A stretch of 64,000 nucleotides of DNA from an uncultured Spirochaetota bacterium (GTDB taxonomy: Bacteria > Spirochaetota > Spirochaetia > SZUA-6 > Fen-1364). Below are positions 18,596 through 27,485 of this stretch, one piece after another (positions within the stretch are counted from its first letter, which is position 1; every line of letters begins with the position of its first letter). The translations under genes and the position numbers were made by a program. The notes under the pieces are model-generated. The model worked only from the letters and a program-made list of their open reading frames with translations. It made no database searches and was not told where the DNA came from. The stretch spans positions 416,001-480,000 of the forward strand of contig CAWGAA010000001.1 of NCBI GenBank assembly GCA_963820525.1, in the 5' to 3' direction.

Positions 18596-20031
18596 ATGAT
18601 CAGAAAGATAACCTTCGTCGAGCCGAAGACGGACCACCTTCACATCTATTCCCGCTACGAGCTTCCCCGCCTTGGAGGAATCCTTCTGGCGACGATCCTG
18701 AAAAACGAGGGATTCCAGACCGAAGCGGTCTTCATGAAAACACGCGATATCCTGCGCAGGAGGACGGAGGCCGACCTGGTGGCCATCTCCACGATCACTC
18801 CAACCGCGGAGAGCGCCTACGCCCTTGGAGACGAGTTTCGCGCCCGAGGCATTCCCGTCGTCTACGGAGGGCCCCATGTCACCTTTTTTCCCGAGGAAGC
18901 CCTCGAGCATGGAGACTACTGCATCGTCGGGGAAGGAGAGCGGTCCATGCCGGCCCTCGCCCTGGCCCTGAACGGAGAGGGCCCCTTGAGCGAGGTTCCC
19001 GGCCTCGTGTGGAAGGAGAACGGAGTGGTGCGGCGAAACCCTCCCCCCCTCCCGTGGAGAACCTCGACGAGCTTCCGTTCCCCGATTTCTCCCTTATGGA
19101 CATGGGCGCGAACAAGCGGATGGGAAGCGTCGGGTTTGGGCATTTCATAATCCCGATACAGACCTCGCGCGGCTGTCCCTTCGACTGCACATTCTGCTCC
19201 GTCACGAAGATGTTCGGCAAGCGCTACAGGCACCGGTCCACCGAGAACATCCTGGCGGAGCTCTCCCGCTACGACTCCAAGCAGCACTATATCTTCTTTT
19301 ACGACGACAACTTCGCCGCCAACAGCAGGAGGACCAAGGAGCTTCTGCGGGAGATGATATCCCGCAACCTCGGTTTCAAGTGGTCCACCCAGGTGCGCGC
19401 CGATGTGGCGCGCGATCCGGAGATGCTCGACCTGATGGTCAGCGCGGGATGCACGACGCTCTATATCGGCTTCGAGTCCGTGGATCCGGAATCTCTCAAG
19501 GAGATGAAGAAAAGCCAGACCGTGGAAGAGATCAGGATCGCCATCGCGGAGATCAGGAAACGCAGGATCCACATCCATGGAATGTTCGTCTTCGGCTTCG
19601 ACACGGACACCCCCGAGAAGGCCCGCGCCACGGTGAGCTTCGCCATCAAGGAAAAAATCGACACGACGCAGTTCATGATCCTCACCCCCCTTCCGGGCAC
19701 CGAGATGTACTTCAAGCTGGACAGGGAGAAGAGGATCATCGATCACGAGTGGGAAACCTTTGACGCGCACCATGTCAAGTTCCGCCCCCTCCATTTCACC
19801 CCGTGGGAGCTGCAGCTGGCGCAAATCGAGGCGCATACCCGTTTCTACTCGCCCCTACAGGTTTTCCGCAGGCTCCTCCGGGGCAGGACCGGGGGTTTCA
19901 TCGTGGGCATCTATGCCCATGCGCTCAACCGCCGCTGGCAGAAGGCCGAAAAAGCGTACCTCGCTTTCCTTCAAACGGCCGCCGTCGGGCTGCGCGCGGC
20001 GGTATCCCGAGGCAGGGCCGCCCAGAGCTGA
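18596..20031 (+). CDS. B12-binding radical SAM protein, split by a frameshift near 19043-19049 (pseudogene, phase-variable, or sequencing error)
   Basis: AAGGAG RBS, ATG 18596; frame 1 has the cobalamin-binding GGPHVTFFPEEA/IVGEGE; frame 2 has LDELPFPDF, TSRGCPFDCTFC and IGFES; the switch occurs in a C7 run. Confidence 0.85.
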
Positions 20032-20092
20032 AGCCTCCATTTGCATTGCGGCGTCCGGGGTGTACATTACAGTTTAACCGGACGCTGAGCAG

Positions 20093-20737
20093 ATGAAACT
20101 TCCCTCTTTCATTCGCCGCCTGATCCCCTGGCTCGCTCGAAGGCCGCAGATCTATGCTCTGGTGGGAAAGAGCGGAACGGGCAAGAGCTTCAAGGCACGG
20201 GCGGTTTCCCAGCGGTATCGAATCGACCTCATCATCGATGATGGGCTTCTCATCAAAGGGCAGAAGATCGTCGCCGGCAAGTCCGCCAAGCGGGAGAAGG
20301 GGATCCTGGGCGCGATCAAGACAGCCCTCTTCGTCAACCCGGACCAGGTTGCCGAAGTGAAGAAGGCCCTGGCTGCGGAAAGCTACCACCGGATACTGCT
20401 CATCGCCACATCGGTCAAGATGATCGAGCGCATCAGGAAGAACCTGGAGCTTCCTCCCCTGCAGAGAACAATCTCGATAGAGGATGTCTCCAAGCCGCAG
20501 GAGATCGCCGCCGCGCTCGCGGTCCGGGCGAAGGAGGGCAAGCACATCATTCCGGTGCCGGCCGTGGAGATAAAGAGGAACTATCCCCATATCTTCTTCG
20601 AGTCCATCAAGATCCTCTTGAAGGGAAGGACCTTGCCGAGGGCGAGAAAGGACGCCTTCGTCGAGAAGACCGTTGTGCGGCCCGCCTACGGCAGAATGAG
20701 CCCCTCGCCGTCGAAAAAGATCGAAAAATCCATTTGA
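20093..20737 (+). CDS. P-loop protein of unknown function
   Basis: Walker A ALVGKSGTGKS followed by IIDDGLLI and SAKRE. Confidence 0.7.
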   Translation: MKLPSFIRRLIPWLARRPQIYALVGKSGTGKSFKARAVSQRYRIDLIIDDGLLIKGQKIVAGKSAKREKGILGAIKTALFVNPDQVAEVKKALAAESYHRILLIATSVKMIERIRKNLELPPLQRTISIEDVSKPQEIAAALAVRAKEGKHIIPVPAVEIKRNYPHIFFESIKILLKGRTLPRARKDAFVEKTVVRPAYGRMSPSPSKKIEKSI

Positions 20738-20762
20738 CAGGCAAAACCCGTCGCACTATGAT
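20734..20762 (+). promoter_or_regulatory. sigma70 promoter
   Basis: TTGACA-17-TATGAT, followed by AAGGAGG RBS and ATG 20780. Confidence 0.75.
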
Positions 20763-20779
20763 TTGCAAAAGGAGGCATT

Positions 20780-21976
20780 ATGCGGAAAATCCTCATCGCG
20801 GCCCTTTTTTTCTGCGGATGCTCCTTCGCCTTCGCACAGGAAATGAAGTTCTTCGCCTCCGAGTCCGCCCACTACAGGGTCTCCTCGGAGACGAGCCAAT
20901 CCCAGGCGGATGAGGTCTCCCGCATCATGGAGGCCAGCCTCTCCCTCTATAACGGAATCTTCCACTTCGACCTGTCACAGCTCCCGGGCAAGCTGCAGGT
21001 GAAGGTATTCAAGAGCGTCGACACCTTCAACGGATACCTCAACAACCTCCTGTCCCAGACCAGAAGCGATTTCGTCTTCGTTTCCTATGCGGATCCCAGC
21101 AAATCCGAGCTCCTCGCCTTCACGAAGGACGCCGCCAGCTTCCTCCCCTCCCTCATCCATCAGGGCTGCATCCAATTCCTGAAGGCTTTCATCGCGAATC
21201 CGCCGGTATGGCTTCGGGAGGGGGTCGCCACGTACCTCGAGGCCTCGCAGTACGACTCGAAAACGACGGCTCTCACCTTCAAAGCGAACTATCTCTGGCT
21301 CGACTCCTTGAAGGCAATCATGAGGGGCGAAGGCACCGCTCCCCTCATCCCCTTCTCGGATTTCCTGCTCCTCAACCGGGATACCGCTCAAGCGCAGCTC
21401 GACGTGTTCTATCCCGAGGCCTGGGGGCTCGTGACATTCCTCCTGCGCTCCCCGGACACGACGGACAACCGCATCATCTGGGACGCGATATCCGTCCTGG
21501 ATCCAAAGGCGTCGCTCGACGACAACTCCCAGGCCGTTCGCAGGCGCGCGTTCTCCTGGGTAAGCGACCAGACGCTCGCGAAGAGCTTCGCGAGCACCAT
21601 CGAATCCTTGAAAACCCCCCAGGAGCTTCTGCGCGGCGGGGTCGATTTCTACGCGAAGGGAGATCTCGATCAGGCCGAAAAATCGTTCCTCGCCTCCCTC
21701 GAGCAGGAGCCCGGCTCCAATGCTGCATACTACTACCTCGGGCTCATCGCATATTCGCGAAAGGACTACTCCCGCGCCGAGCAGATGTACGGCCAGGCCG
21801 CCAAGCTGGGCATCCCGACCAGCCTGGTGGACTATGCGCTGGGAGTCAATGCGTTTGCCGGCGGGAAGCTCGCCGATGCGGCCAATTATCTGAAGCTCTC
21901 CAAGGATGCCGACCCGAAGAGCTATGGAGACAAGGTGGATGTGCTTCTCAAGCGCATCGACGCCATGAAGAACTAG
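20780..21976 (+). CDS. Exported TPR protein with a degenerate zincin-like (DUF1570-type) N-terminal domain
   Basis: Signal peptide; LIHQGCIQF..PPVWLREGVATYLE; YPEAWGLVTFLL; C-terminal TPRs. Confidence 0.7.
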   Translation: MRKILIAALFFCGCSFAFAQEMKFFASESAHYRVSSETSQSQADEVSRIMEASLSLYNGIFHFDLSQLPGKLQVKVFKSVDTFNGYLNNLLSQTRSDFVFVSYADPSKSELLAFTKDAASFLPSLIHQGCIQFLKAFIANPPVWLREGVATYLEASQYDSKTTALTFKANYLWLDSLKAIMRGEGTAPLIPFSDFLLLNRDTAQAQLDVFYPEAWGLVTFLLRSPDTTDNRIIWDAISVLDPKASLDDNSQAVRRRAFSWVSDQTLAKSFASTIESLKTPQELLRGGVDFYAKGDLDQAEKSFLASLEQEPGSNAAYYYLGLIAYSRKDYSRAEQMYGQAAKLGIPTSLVDYALGVNAFAGGKLADAANYLKLSKDADPKSYGDKVDVLLKRIDAMKN

Positions 21977-21993
21977 GCCTGCATGATTTTTGG

Positions 21994-22020
21994 AAAGCCC
22001 CCGTTCGAAGGGGCTTTTTT
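21994..22020 (+). terminator. Rho-independent terminator, possibly bidirectional
   Basis: AAAGCCCC-cgttcgaa-GGGGCTTT-TTT between convergent genes. Confidence 0.8.
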
Positions 22021-23170
22021 ATTGGAGAGGCCGGGCGTGATGCTGGCCGCCTTCGGCAACCCGCCTCTTGTGCTCACCCGGCGATCTTGCCGTGAAGCGG
22101 TGAGCGGCGCGCGGGAACTGTTTGCCCGCTGCATGCCGGAACTCCCTCAACAGCTCGTGGGCGGCCACCCCGAGGTCGCGCTTCGAGGGGAAGAGCGGAA
22201 ACGACACGGATTTGATGAGCTGCTGGAGCAGGAAGGCGGGATCGGAGTCGTGAAAGATGTCCTTCCGCGCCAGCGTCAGATCGCGGAAAAGGAAGACGAA
22301 CATCCTCTCTCGCTCCAACGGCTGTCCCTCTTGCAGGAGCGAGTCGAGGCTCTGCGCCCTCTTGTACAGTGGGGAGTCCGAGAACTTCTTGTACGCGTCC
22401 TTGATGAACTCGGAGAGGGCCGGAAACAGCGAATCGAAGAGCTTCAATCGGTGCGAAATCTCCAGGATTTCGGCAGCACAACCCGATGTGAGGATTTTGT
22501 AGACTTCTTCGGTCACACGCTCGCGCGAACATTCCAAAAGCGATTCCCGCATCCTCTTGATGAGCCCCGCCATCCCCATCGGTATGGGGAAGCCGGTAAT
22601 GCTCGCATACTTGACGGCGCGGATCATGCGTACCGGGTCTTCGGCGAAGGATGTCTCAGCCGGGATGAGCGTGCGCAGGTGCTTGTGCCGGATGTCCGGG
22701 AAGCCTTCAACGTAGTCGATGATCTGTTCGTCGACGGGACAGTAGTAGAGGGCATTGAAGGTGAAATCGCGCCTCTGGGCGTCTTCCTCCATCGTGCCGA
22801 ACAGGTTGGTCGACTCGGCGGCCTTGTTGGAGCGGAAGGTCGTCACCTCGAGGAACTTGTCGCGTCCGGCGTATACGTGGACGATGCGGAACCGCTTTCC
22901 AATGATGCGGGATGAGCGGAAGATGCGTCGAATTCTTTGGGGAAATGCGTCCGTTGCGACATCGAAATCTTTCGGTTTTCTGCCGAGAAGCATATCGCGA
23001 ACAGCACCGCCGACGATATAGGCGTGGAAGCCTTCCTTGCGCAGGCGCCTGACCACCCAGACCGCATCCGCATCCACCGAGCCCGGGTCTATGCCGTGCT
23101 CCTGCCGGAGGTAGATGTGGGCCTTCTTTACGATCTCTCCTTCTTGCGAAGTGCCGTACCTAAGGAGCAA
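22019..23170 (-). CDS. pcnB: Poly(A) polymerase PcnB; probable TTG start at 23170
   Basis: VGGAVRDMLLGRKPKDFDVAT, IIGKRFRIVHV (PAP-specific signature), RRDFTFNAL, EDPVRMIRA. Confidence 0.9.
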   Translation of the reverse strand: MLLRYGTSQEGEIVKKAHIYLRQEHGIDPGSVDADAVWVVRRLRKEGFHAYIVGGAVRDMLLGRKPKDFDVATDAFPQRIRRIFRSSRIIGKRFRIVHVYAGRDKFLEVTTFRSNKAAESTNLFGTMEEDAQRRDFTFNALYYCPVDEQIIDYVEGFPDIRHKHLRTLIPAETSFAEDPVRMIRAVKYASITGFPIPMGMAGLIKRMRESLLECSRERVTEEVYKILTSGCAAEILEISHRLKLFDSLFPALSEFIKDAYKKFSDSPLYKRAQSLDSLLQEGQPLERERMFVFLFRDLTLARKDIFHDSDPAFLLQQLIKSVSFPLFPSKRDLGVAAHELLREFRHAAGKQFPRAAHRFTARSPGEHKRRVAEGGQHHARPLQ

Positions 23171-23265
23171 GTATTCGATCCCGACAACCGCTTTGTGTCG
23201 CATTCTATCCTAGCGACTCCTCGAAAAAAGTCAAGGCGCCGGTGCGGCAGCGGCGCTGCGCTTCC

Positions 23266-23386
23266 CCGAGTGTGCGCCTTCGGCGCACACTCGGTCCTAG
23301 GGCGCTCCCCAGGGCTCTCGCCGTTTGCTCCTGGAGGTGTCGCGCTTCGCGGCTCTCGCGGTGCAGCAACACCGCTGCCGCCCTAG
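23266..23386. repeat. Modular hairpin repeat, copy 3, left part (interrupted by the IS)
   Basis: CCGAGTGTGCGCC-TTC-GGCGCACACTCGG; GGGC-TCTC-GCCGTTT; nested GGC-TCTC-GCGGTG..CACCGC-TGCC-GCC. Confidence 0.8.
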
Positions 23387-24920
23387 GAGCCTGTCGCGAA
23401 ACCCTCTTCCGGGAAGCCATTGAATTGAAGGTCCCGGCCATTGATAGAGTGGCCGCATGGGAGAGGGAACTTTTCGATCCTATCAGCCTGATCAGCCGTA
23501 CCTCCTTCCACCCCGAGTGGATGAATGGCTGCCCGACGGCCACTTGGTGTACTTCATGCGCGACGTGGTGGAAACGCTGGACCTCGAGGCGATTTATTCA
23601 AGCTATCAATTGAGCGAAGGCGGACGTCCGCCGTACGAGCCGCGGATGATGCTGGCCTTGGTTCTGTATGCCTACAGCGTCGGGGTATACAGTTCGCGAA
23701 AGATCGAGCAGGCCTGCTGGGAGTCGGTGGCCTTTCGGGTACTCAGTGCGGATCAACATCCCGACCATGCGACGATCGCCAGCTTCCGCAAGCGGCATTT
23801 GAAGGAGTTGGGGTTGTTGTTCAACCAGGTGCTGAAGCTGTGCCAACGGGCGGGGTTGGTGAAGTTGGGGCACGTGGCGCTGGACAGCACGAAGGTGAAA
23901 GCCAACGCCTCCAGGCACAAAGCGATGAGCTACGGGCGAATGCTGAAGAGTGAGCAGCGGCTGAACGATGAGATCGCGGCGCTGTTGAAGCGGGCGCAGC
24001 GTGAGGATGAAGAAGAGGACGCACGCCTGGGGCCCGGGGGCAAGGATGAGGATCTGCCCGAGGAGTTGAAGCGGCGGCAGACGAGGCTGGCCAGGATTCG
24101 GGAAGCCAAGGCAGCGTTGGAAGCCGAGGCGCAAGAGAAAGCAGAGGAAGAGGCTCGGCGCAAGGGGGGAGACCCTGGGGCCGCCGGTGGGAAGGGGCGG
24201 GCGGAGGTAAAGCCAGCCGAGAAGGCGCAACGCAATTTCACCGACCCGCAATCGCGGATCATGCTGGACAAGTCCAGCAACAGCTTTGTGCAGGCCTACA
24301 ATTGCCAGGCGGCGGTCGACGGGAAGGCCCAGGTGATTGTTGCCGCCGAGGTCACGCAGGAAACCAACGACAGCCGTCAACTGCATCCGATGCTGGAGAA
24401 GCTCAAGGCCAACACCGACGGGCAACTTCCCCGGCGTCTGACTGCCGACAGTGGCTACTACAACGGGGAGCATGTGCAATCCCATGAAAAGGAAGTGGAC
24501 CTCTACATTGCTACCGAGCAGTTCCGCCATGGGGAGCGTGTACCGGCTCCGAGGGGGCGCATTCCTTCCGGATTGAGCAAGAAGCAACTGATGGGGCGCA
24601 AGGTGCGGAGCGCACGGGGGCAACGGATCTACGGGAAGCGTAAACAGATCGTGGAGCCGGTATTCGGGCAGATCAAGGAAGCGCGGGGCTTTCGTCAGTT
24701 CTTGCTTCGTGGGCTGGAGAACGTCTGGGGTGAATGGCAAGTAGTATGTACGACGCACAACCTATTGAAGCTGTTCAGAAGCGGATGGAGATTGAGCGAA
24801 GCGTAGGAGAGAGAAGGAATCCCGGCTCGATGACAAGTTGAGTTGGGGGCGCCTCATCATGAAAACGGCCCGCTCGCCTACCACAAACGGAGACTTGCGG
24901 GCCGGTTTCGCGACAGGCTC
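23387..24920 (+). mobile_element. IS1182-family insertion sequence, 1534 bp
   Basis: Perfect 17-bp terminal IRs GAGCCTGTCGCGAAACC (23387-23403) and GGTTTCGCGACAGGCTC (24904-24920); CTAG direct repeats at 23383-23386 and 24921-24924. Confidence 0.92.
23457..24806 (+). CDS. IS1182 family DDE transposase
   Basis: GRPPYEPRMML, YSSRKIE, PDHATIASFR, ALDSTKVKANAS, TDPQSRIM, ADSGY, RKQIVEPVFGQIK. Confidence 0.92.
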   Translation: MGEGTFRSYQPDQPYLLPPRVDEWLPDGHLVYFMRDVVETLDLEAIYSSYQLSEGGRPPYEPRMMLALVLYAYSVGVYSSRKIEQACWESVAFRVLSADQHPDHATIASFRKRHLKELGLLFNQVLKLCQRAGLVKLGHVALDSTKVKANASRHKAMSYGRMLKSEQRLNDEIAALLKRAQREDEEEDARLGPGGKDEDLPEELKRRQTRLARIREAKAALEAEAQEKAEEEARRKGGDPGAAGGKGRAEVKPAEKAQRNFTDPQSRIMLDKSSNSFVQAYNCQAAVDGKAQVIVAAEVTQETNDSRQLHPMLEKLKANTDGQLPRRLTADSGYYNGEHVQSHEKEVDLYIATEQFRHGERVPAPRGRIPSGLSKKQLMGRKVRSARGQRIYGKRKQIVEPVFGQIKEARGFRQFLLRGLENVWGEWQVVCTTHNLLKLFRSGWRLSEA

Positions 24921-24992
24921 CTAGGGCCGACGCCGCCGAAACGGCTGCCGCCCCGGGGCCTCATGAGTGTGCGCCGAAGGCGCACACTCGGC
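24921..24992. repeat. Modular hairpin repeat, copy 3, right part
   Basis: GCCGACGCCGCCG-AAACGGC-TGCC-GCCC and GAGTGTGCGCC-GAA-GGCGCACACTC (reverse complement of the 23268 hairpin). Confidence 0.8.
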
Positions 24993-25044
24993 TTGACACT
25001 CCCGCGGGCGAAACGTAACACTGAATGTCGCTTGAGGAGGAGCA

Positions 25045-26181
25045 ATGCTGCCAATCGAGATCCGACGCGTGAAATCGAGAGCCGAGCGGGCCACCTTCGT
25101 GAAGATGGCCTTTCGGTTCTACAGGCAGGATCCCCTCTGGGTCCCCCCGCTGATCTCCGAGCAGATCGACTTCATCGATCCCGCCAAGGGCGTGTTCTTC
25201 GACCATGGCGAAGCGGAGCTGTTCCTCGCCTACCGCGGGGACCAGCCCGTCGGCAGAATCTCGGCCCACATCAACCGCCGCCACGACGATATCTACGGCG
25301 GGGGAAAGGGATTCATAGGATTCTTCGAGTGCGAGAACTGCCTCGACACGGCGAAAACCCTCTTCACGACGGCGGAGAATTGGCTTCGCGGCAGGGGCAG
25401 GACCGTTGCGGAAGGCCCGATGAGCTTCGGCGTCTACGACGAGCTGGGCGTCCTTGTCGACGGCTTCGACACCCCGCCGTATCTCTTGACGGTGTACAAC
25501 CCGCCCTACTACCGGGAGCTGTTCGAGAAGTGCGAGTGGGAAAAGGCCGTTGACTGGTTCGCCTTCCGCGGCAGAAAAGGCTTCACGGACGCGCGGCTCG
25601 ACCCCAAGTACTTCAGGCTCTCGGAGAAGGCCCTCAAGAGGGAGGGGATCGTCCTGCGGCCCATGGACGTCGCCGGGCATCTGGACAGGGAGGCGCAGAT
25701 CGTCAAGAGCATCTTCGCCGAGGCCTGGAGCGAAAACTGGGGCCACGTCCCCCTCTCCGACGGGGAGTTCGAAAGGCTCAAGGGATCGCTGGTGCACATG
25801 GTCGTGCCCGAGCTTTGCCTGGTTGCCGAGCTGGGCGGAAAGCCCATCGCGTTCACTCTCTCGGCGTATGACGCCAATGTGGCCGTGAAAAAGACGAACG
25901 GCCGCCTCTTCCCCTTCGGTTTCATAACGCTCCTCACGGGGATCAAGAAGACCGACCGTTTCCGGCTCATCCTCATGGGCGTGGTGGAGGAAAACAGAAA
26001 GCAGGGCATCGAGGTGGCCATGTACACGAGAATGATCGAGGAGGGCGTGCGCCTGGGATTCCGCGAGGTGGAGATGTCAATGATCGTGGAAAACAACGAG
26101 AGGATGCTCGCCTCAATCAGTCACCTGCCCGTGGAGCGATACAAGACCTGGAGGGTCTTCAGAAAGGACCTGTCGCAATGA
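25045..26181 (+). CDS. GNAT-fold N-acyltransferase of the YghO/bacterial ceramide synthase (bCerS)-like family
   Basis: YRQDPLWVPPL, FLAYRGDQPVGRISA, GFIGFFEC, GPMSF, GVLVDGF, YNPPYY, AWSENWG, NGRLFPFG, EMSMIVENN; GAGGAGG RBS. Confidence 0.75.
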   Translation: MLPIEIRRVKSRAERATFVKMAFRFYRQDPLWVPPLISEQIDFIDPAKGVFFDHGEAELFLAYRGDQPVGRISAHINRRHDDIYGGGKGFIGFFECENCLDTAKTLFTTAENWLRGRGRTVAEGPMSFGVYDELGVLVDGFDTPPYLLTVYNPPYYRELFEKCEWEKAVDWFAFRGRKGFTDARLDPKYFRLSEKALKREGIVLRPMDVAGHLDREAQIVKSIFAEAWSENWGHVPLSDGEFERLKGSLVHMVVPELCLVAELGGKPIAFTLSAYDANVAVKKTNGRLFPFGFITLLTGIKKTDRFRLILMGVVEENRKQGIEVAMYTRMIEEGVRLGFREVEMSMIVENNERMLASISHLPVERYKTWRVFRKDLSQ

Positions 26182-27485
26182 GCGAGCGTATCGAGCCCCG
26201 GGTGCTCAAGGGCTTCCGCGATTTCCTCCCCGATCGGGAGATGCAGAGACTGGCCATCATCTCACGACTCCAGGAGGCTTTCAGGCTCTTCGGGTTCGTT
26301 CCGATCGATACGCCTGTCCTGGAATACGCCGAGGTGTTGTTGGGCAAGGGCGGCGGGGAGACGGACAAGCAGGTCTACCGCTTCACGGATCATGGGGGAA
26401 GGGATGTCGCCATGCGCTACGATCTCACCGTCCCCTTCGCGCGCTTCATGGCGGCCCACCTGGCGGAGCTTCCCCTCCCCTTCAAGCGGTATCACGCGGC
26501 GAAGGTTTGGAGAGGAGAGAATACCCAGCGGGGAAGGTACCGCGAGTTCATTCAGGCCGATTTCGACATCGTCGGGGCGGACTCCGCCTCTGCCGATCTG
26601 GAGATCCTCCTTTTGATGCGCGAGTGCATGCGGAAGTTGGGACTCGAGAGATTCACGGTCAATTACGCCCACCGCGGCGTTTTCAATGCGTTTCTCTCCC
26701 GGCTTGGATTGGGGGATAAATCGGCCGAAGTGCTGCGGACCATCGACAAGGAACGCAAGATCGGGCTGGAGAAAACGCGCGAGACCCTCGTGCGGATCGC
26801 GGGAAGGGAGGCAGCGGACAGGATTCTCGAATTCACGCGCATGGAGCCCAGCGCCGATGAGACGTTATCGAAGCTTTCCTCCATGGTGGGAAGCGATGTC
26901 GAAGGAATCACCCGGCTCGCTGAAATCTCCCGATGCCTGAAGGAAAGTGGAGCGGCCTCGGAATTCGTTCTCGACCCTTCGATCACCCGCGGCCTGGACT
27001 ACTATACCGGTATAGTATGCGAGACCTTCCTCTCGGACCTTCCCCAGATCGGCTCGGTCTGTTCCGGCGGCAGGTACAACGACCTTGCGACGCTCTACAC
27101 GAAGCAGAGCCTTCCCGGCGTGGGGGCTTCCGTCGGCCTGGACAGGCTCATGGCCGCAATGGAGGAGCTTGGCGTCCTCACGGAAGAGAAGACGGCGGTT
27201 TCAGTCCTGGTTCTCTACCTCGAGGAGAGTCTCCTCCCCGCGTACCACAGGTTCGCCTCCGCCCTGCGCGAGGCGGGCGTTTCAGCCGAGGTCTATCCGG
27301 AGAAAAAGAAGCTTTCGGTCCAGTTCGCCTATGCCGAGAGGAAGGGCATCCGTCTTGCCCTCATCCATGGGGCGGAGGAAGCGGATCGCGGGACCGTCGG
27401 GCTCAAGGACATCGCCACTCGCGAGACCTACGCGGGGCTCAATCTCGAGGCGGCCATAGAAAAATCGAAAGAACTTCTTCGGTAA
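26178..27485 (+). CDS. hisS: Histidine--tRNA ligase
   Basis: KGFRDFLP, MRYDLTVP, WRGENTQRGRYREF, RGLDYYTG, SGGRYN. Confidence 0.96.
   Translation: MSERIEPRVLKGFRDFLPDREMQRLAIISRLQEAFRLFGFVPIDTPVLEYAEVLLGKGGGETDKQVYRFTDHGGRDVAMRYDLTVPFARFMAAHLAELPLPFKRYHAAKVWRGENTQRGRYREFIQADFDIVGADSASADLEILLLMRECMRKLGLERFTVNYAHRGVFNAFLSRLGLGDKSAEVLRTIDKERKIGLEKTRETLVRIAGREAADRILEFTRMEPSADETLSKLSSMVGSDVEGITRLAEISRCLKESGAASEFVLDPSITRGLDYYTGIVCETFLSDLPQIGSVCSGGRYNDLATLYTKQSLPGVGASVGLDRLMAAMEELGVLTEEKTAVSVLVLYLEESLLPAYHRFASALREAGVSAEVYPEKKKLSVQFAYAERKGIRLALIHGAEEADRGTVGLKDIATRETYAGLNLEAAIEKSKELLR

Noticed and set aside
23266..24992. Composite transposon bounded by the GAGTGTGCGCC hairpins
   Set aside because: The real IS ends are defined by the inner 17-bp IRs and CTAG duplication; the same hairpin occurs at 15827 without a transposase
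27439..27485. Regulatory significance of the 47-bp convergent hisS/M28 overlap
   Set aside because: Short 3' overlaps are common and nothing else supports a function
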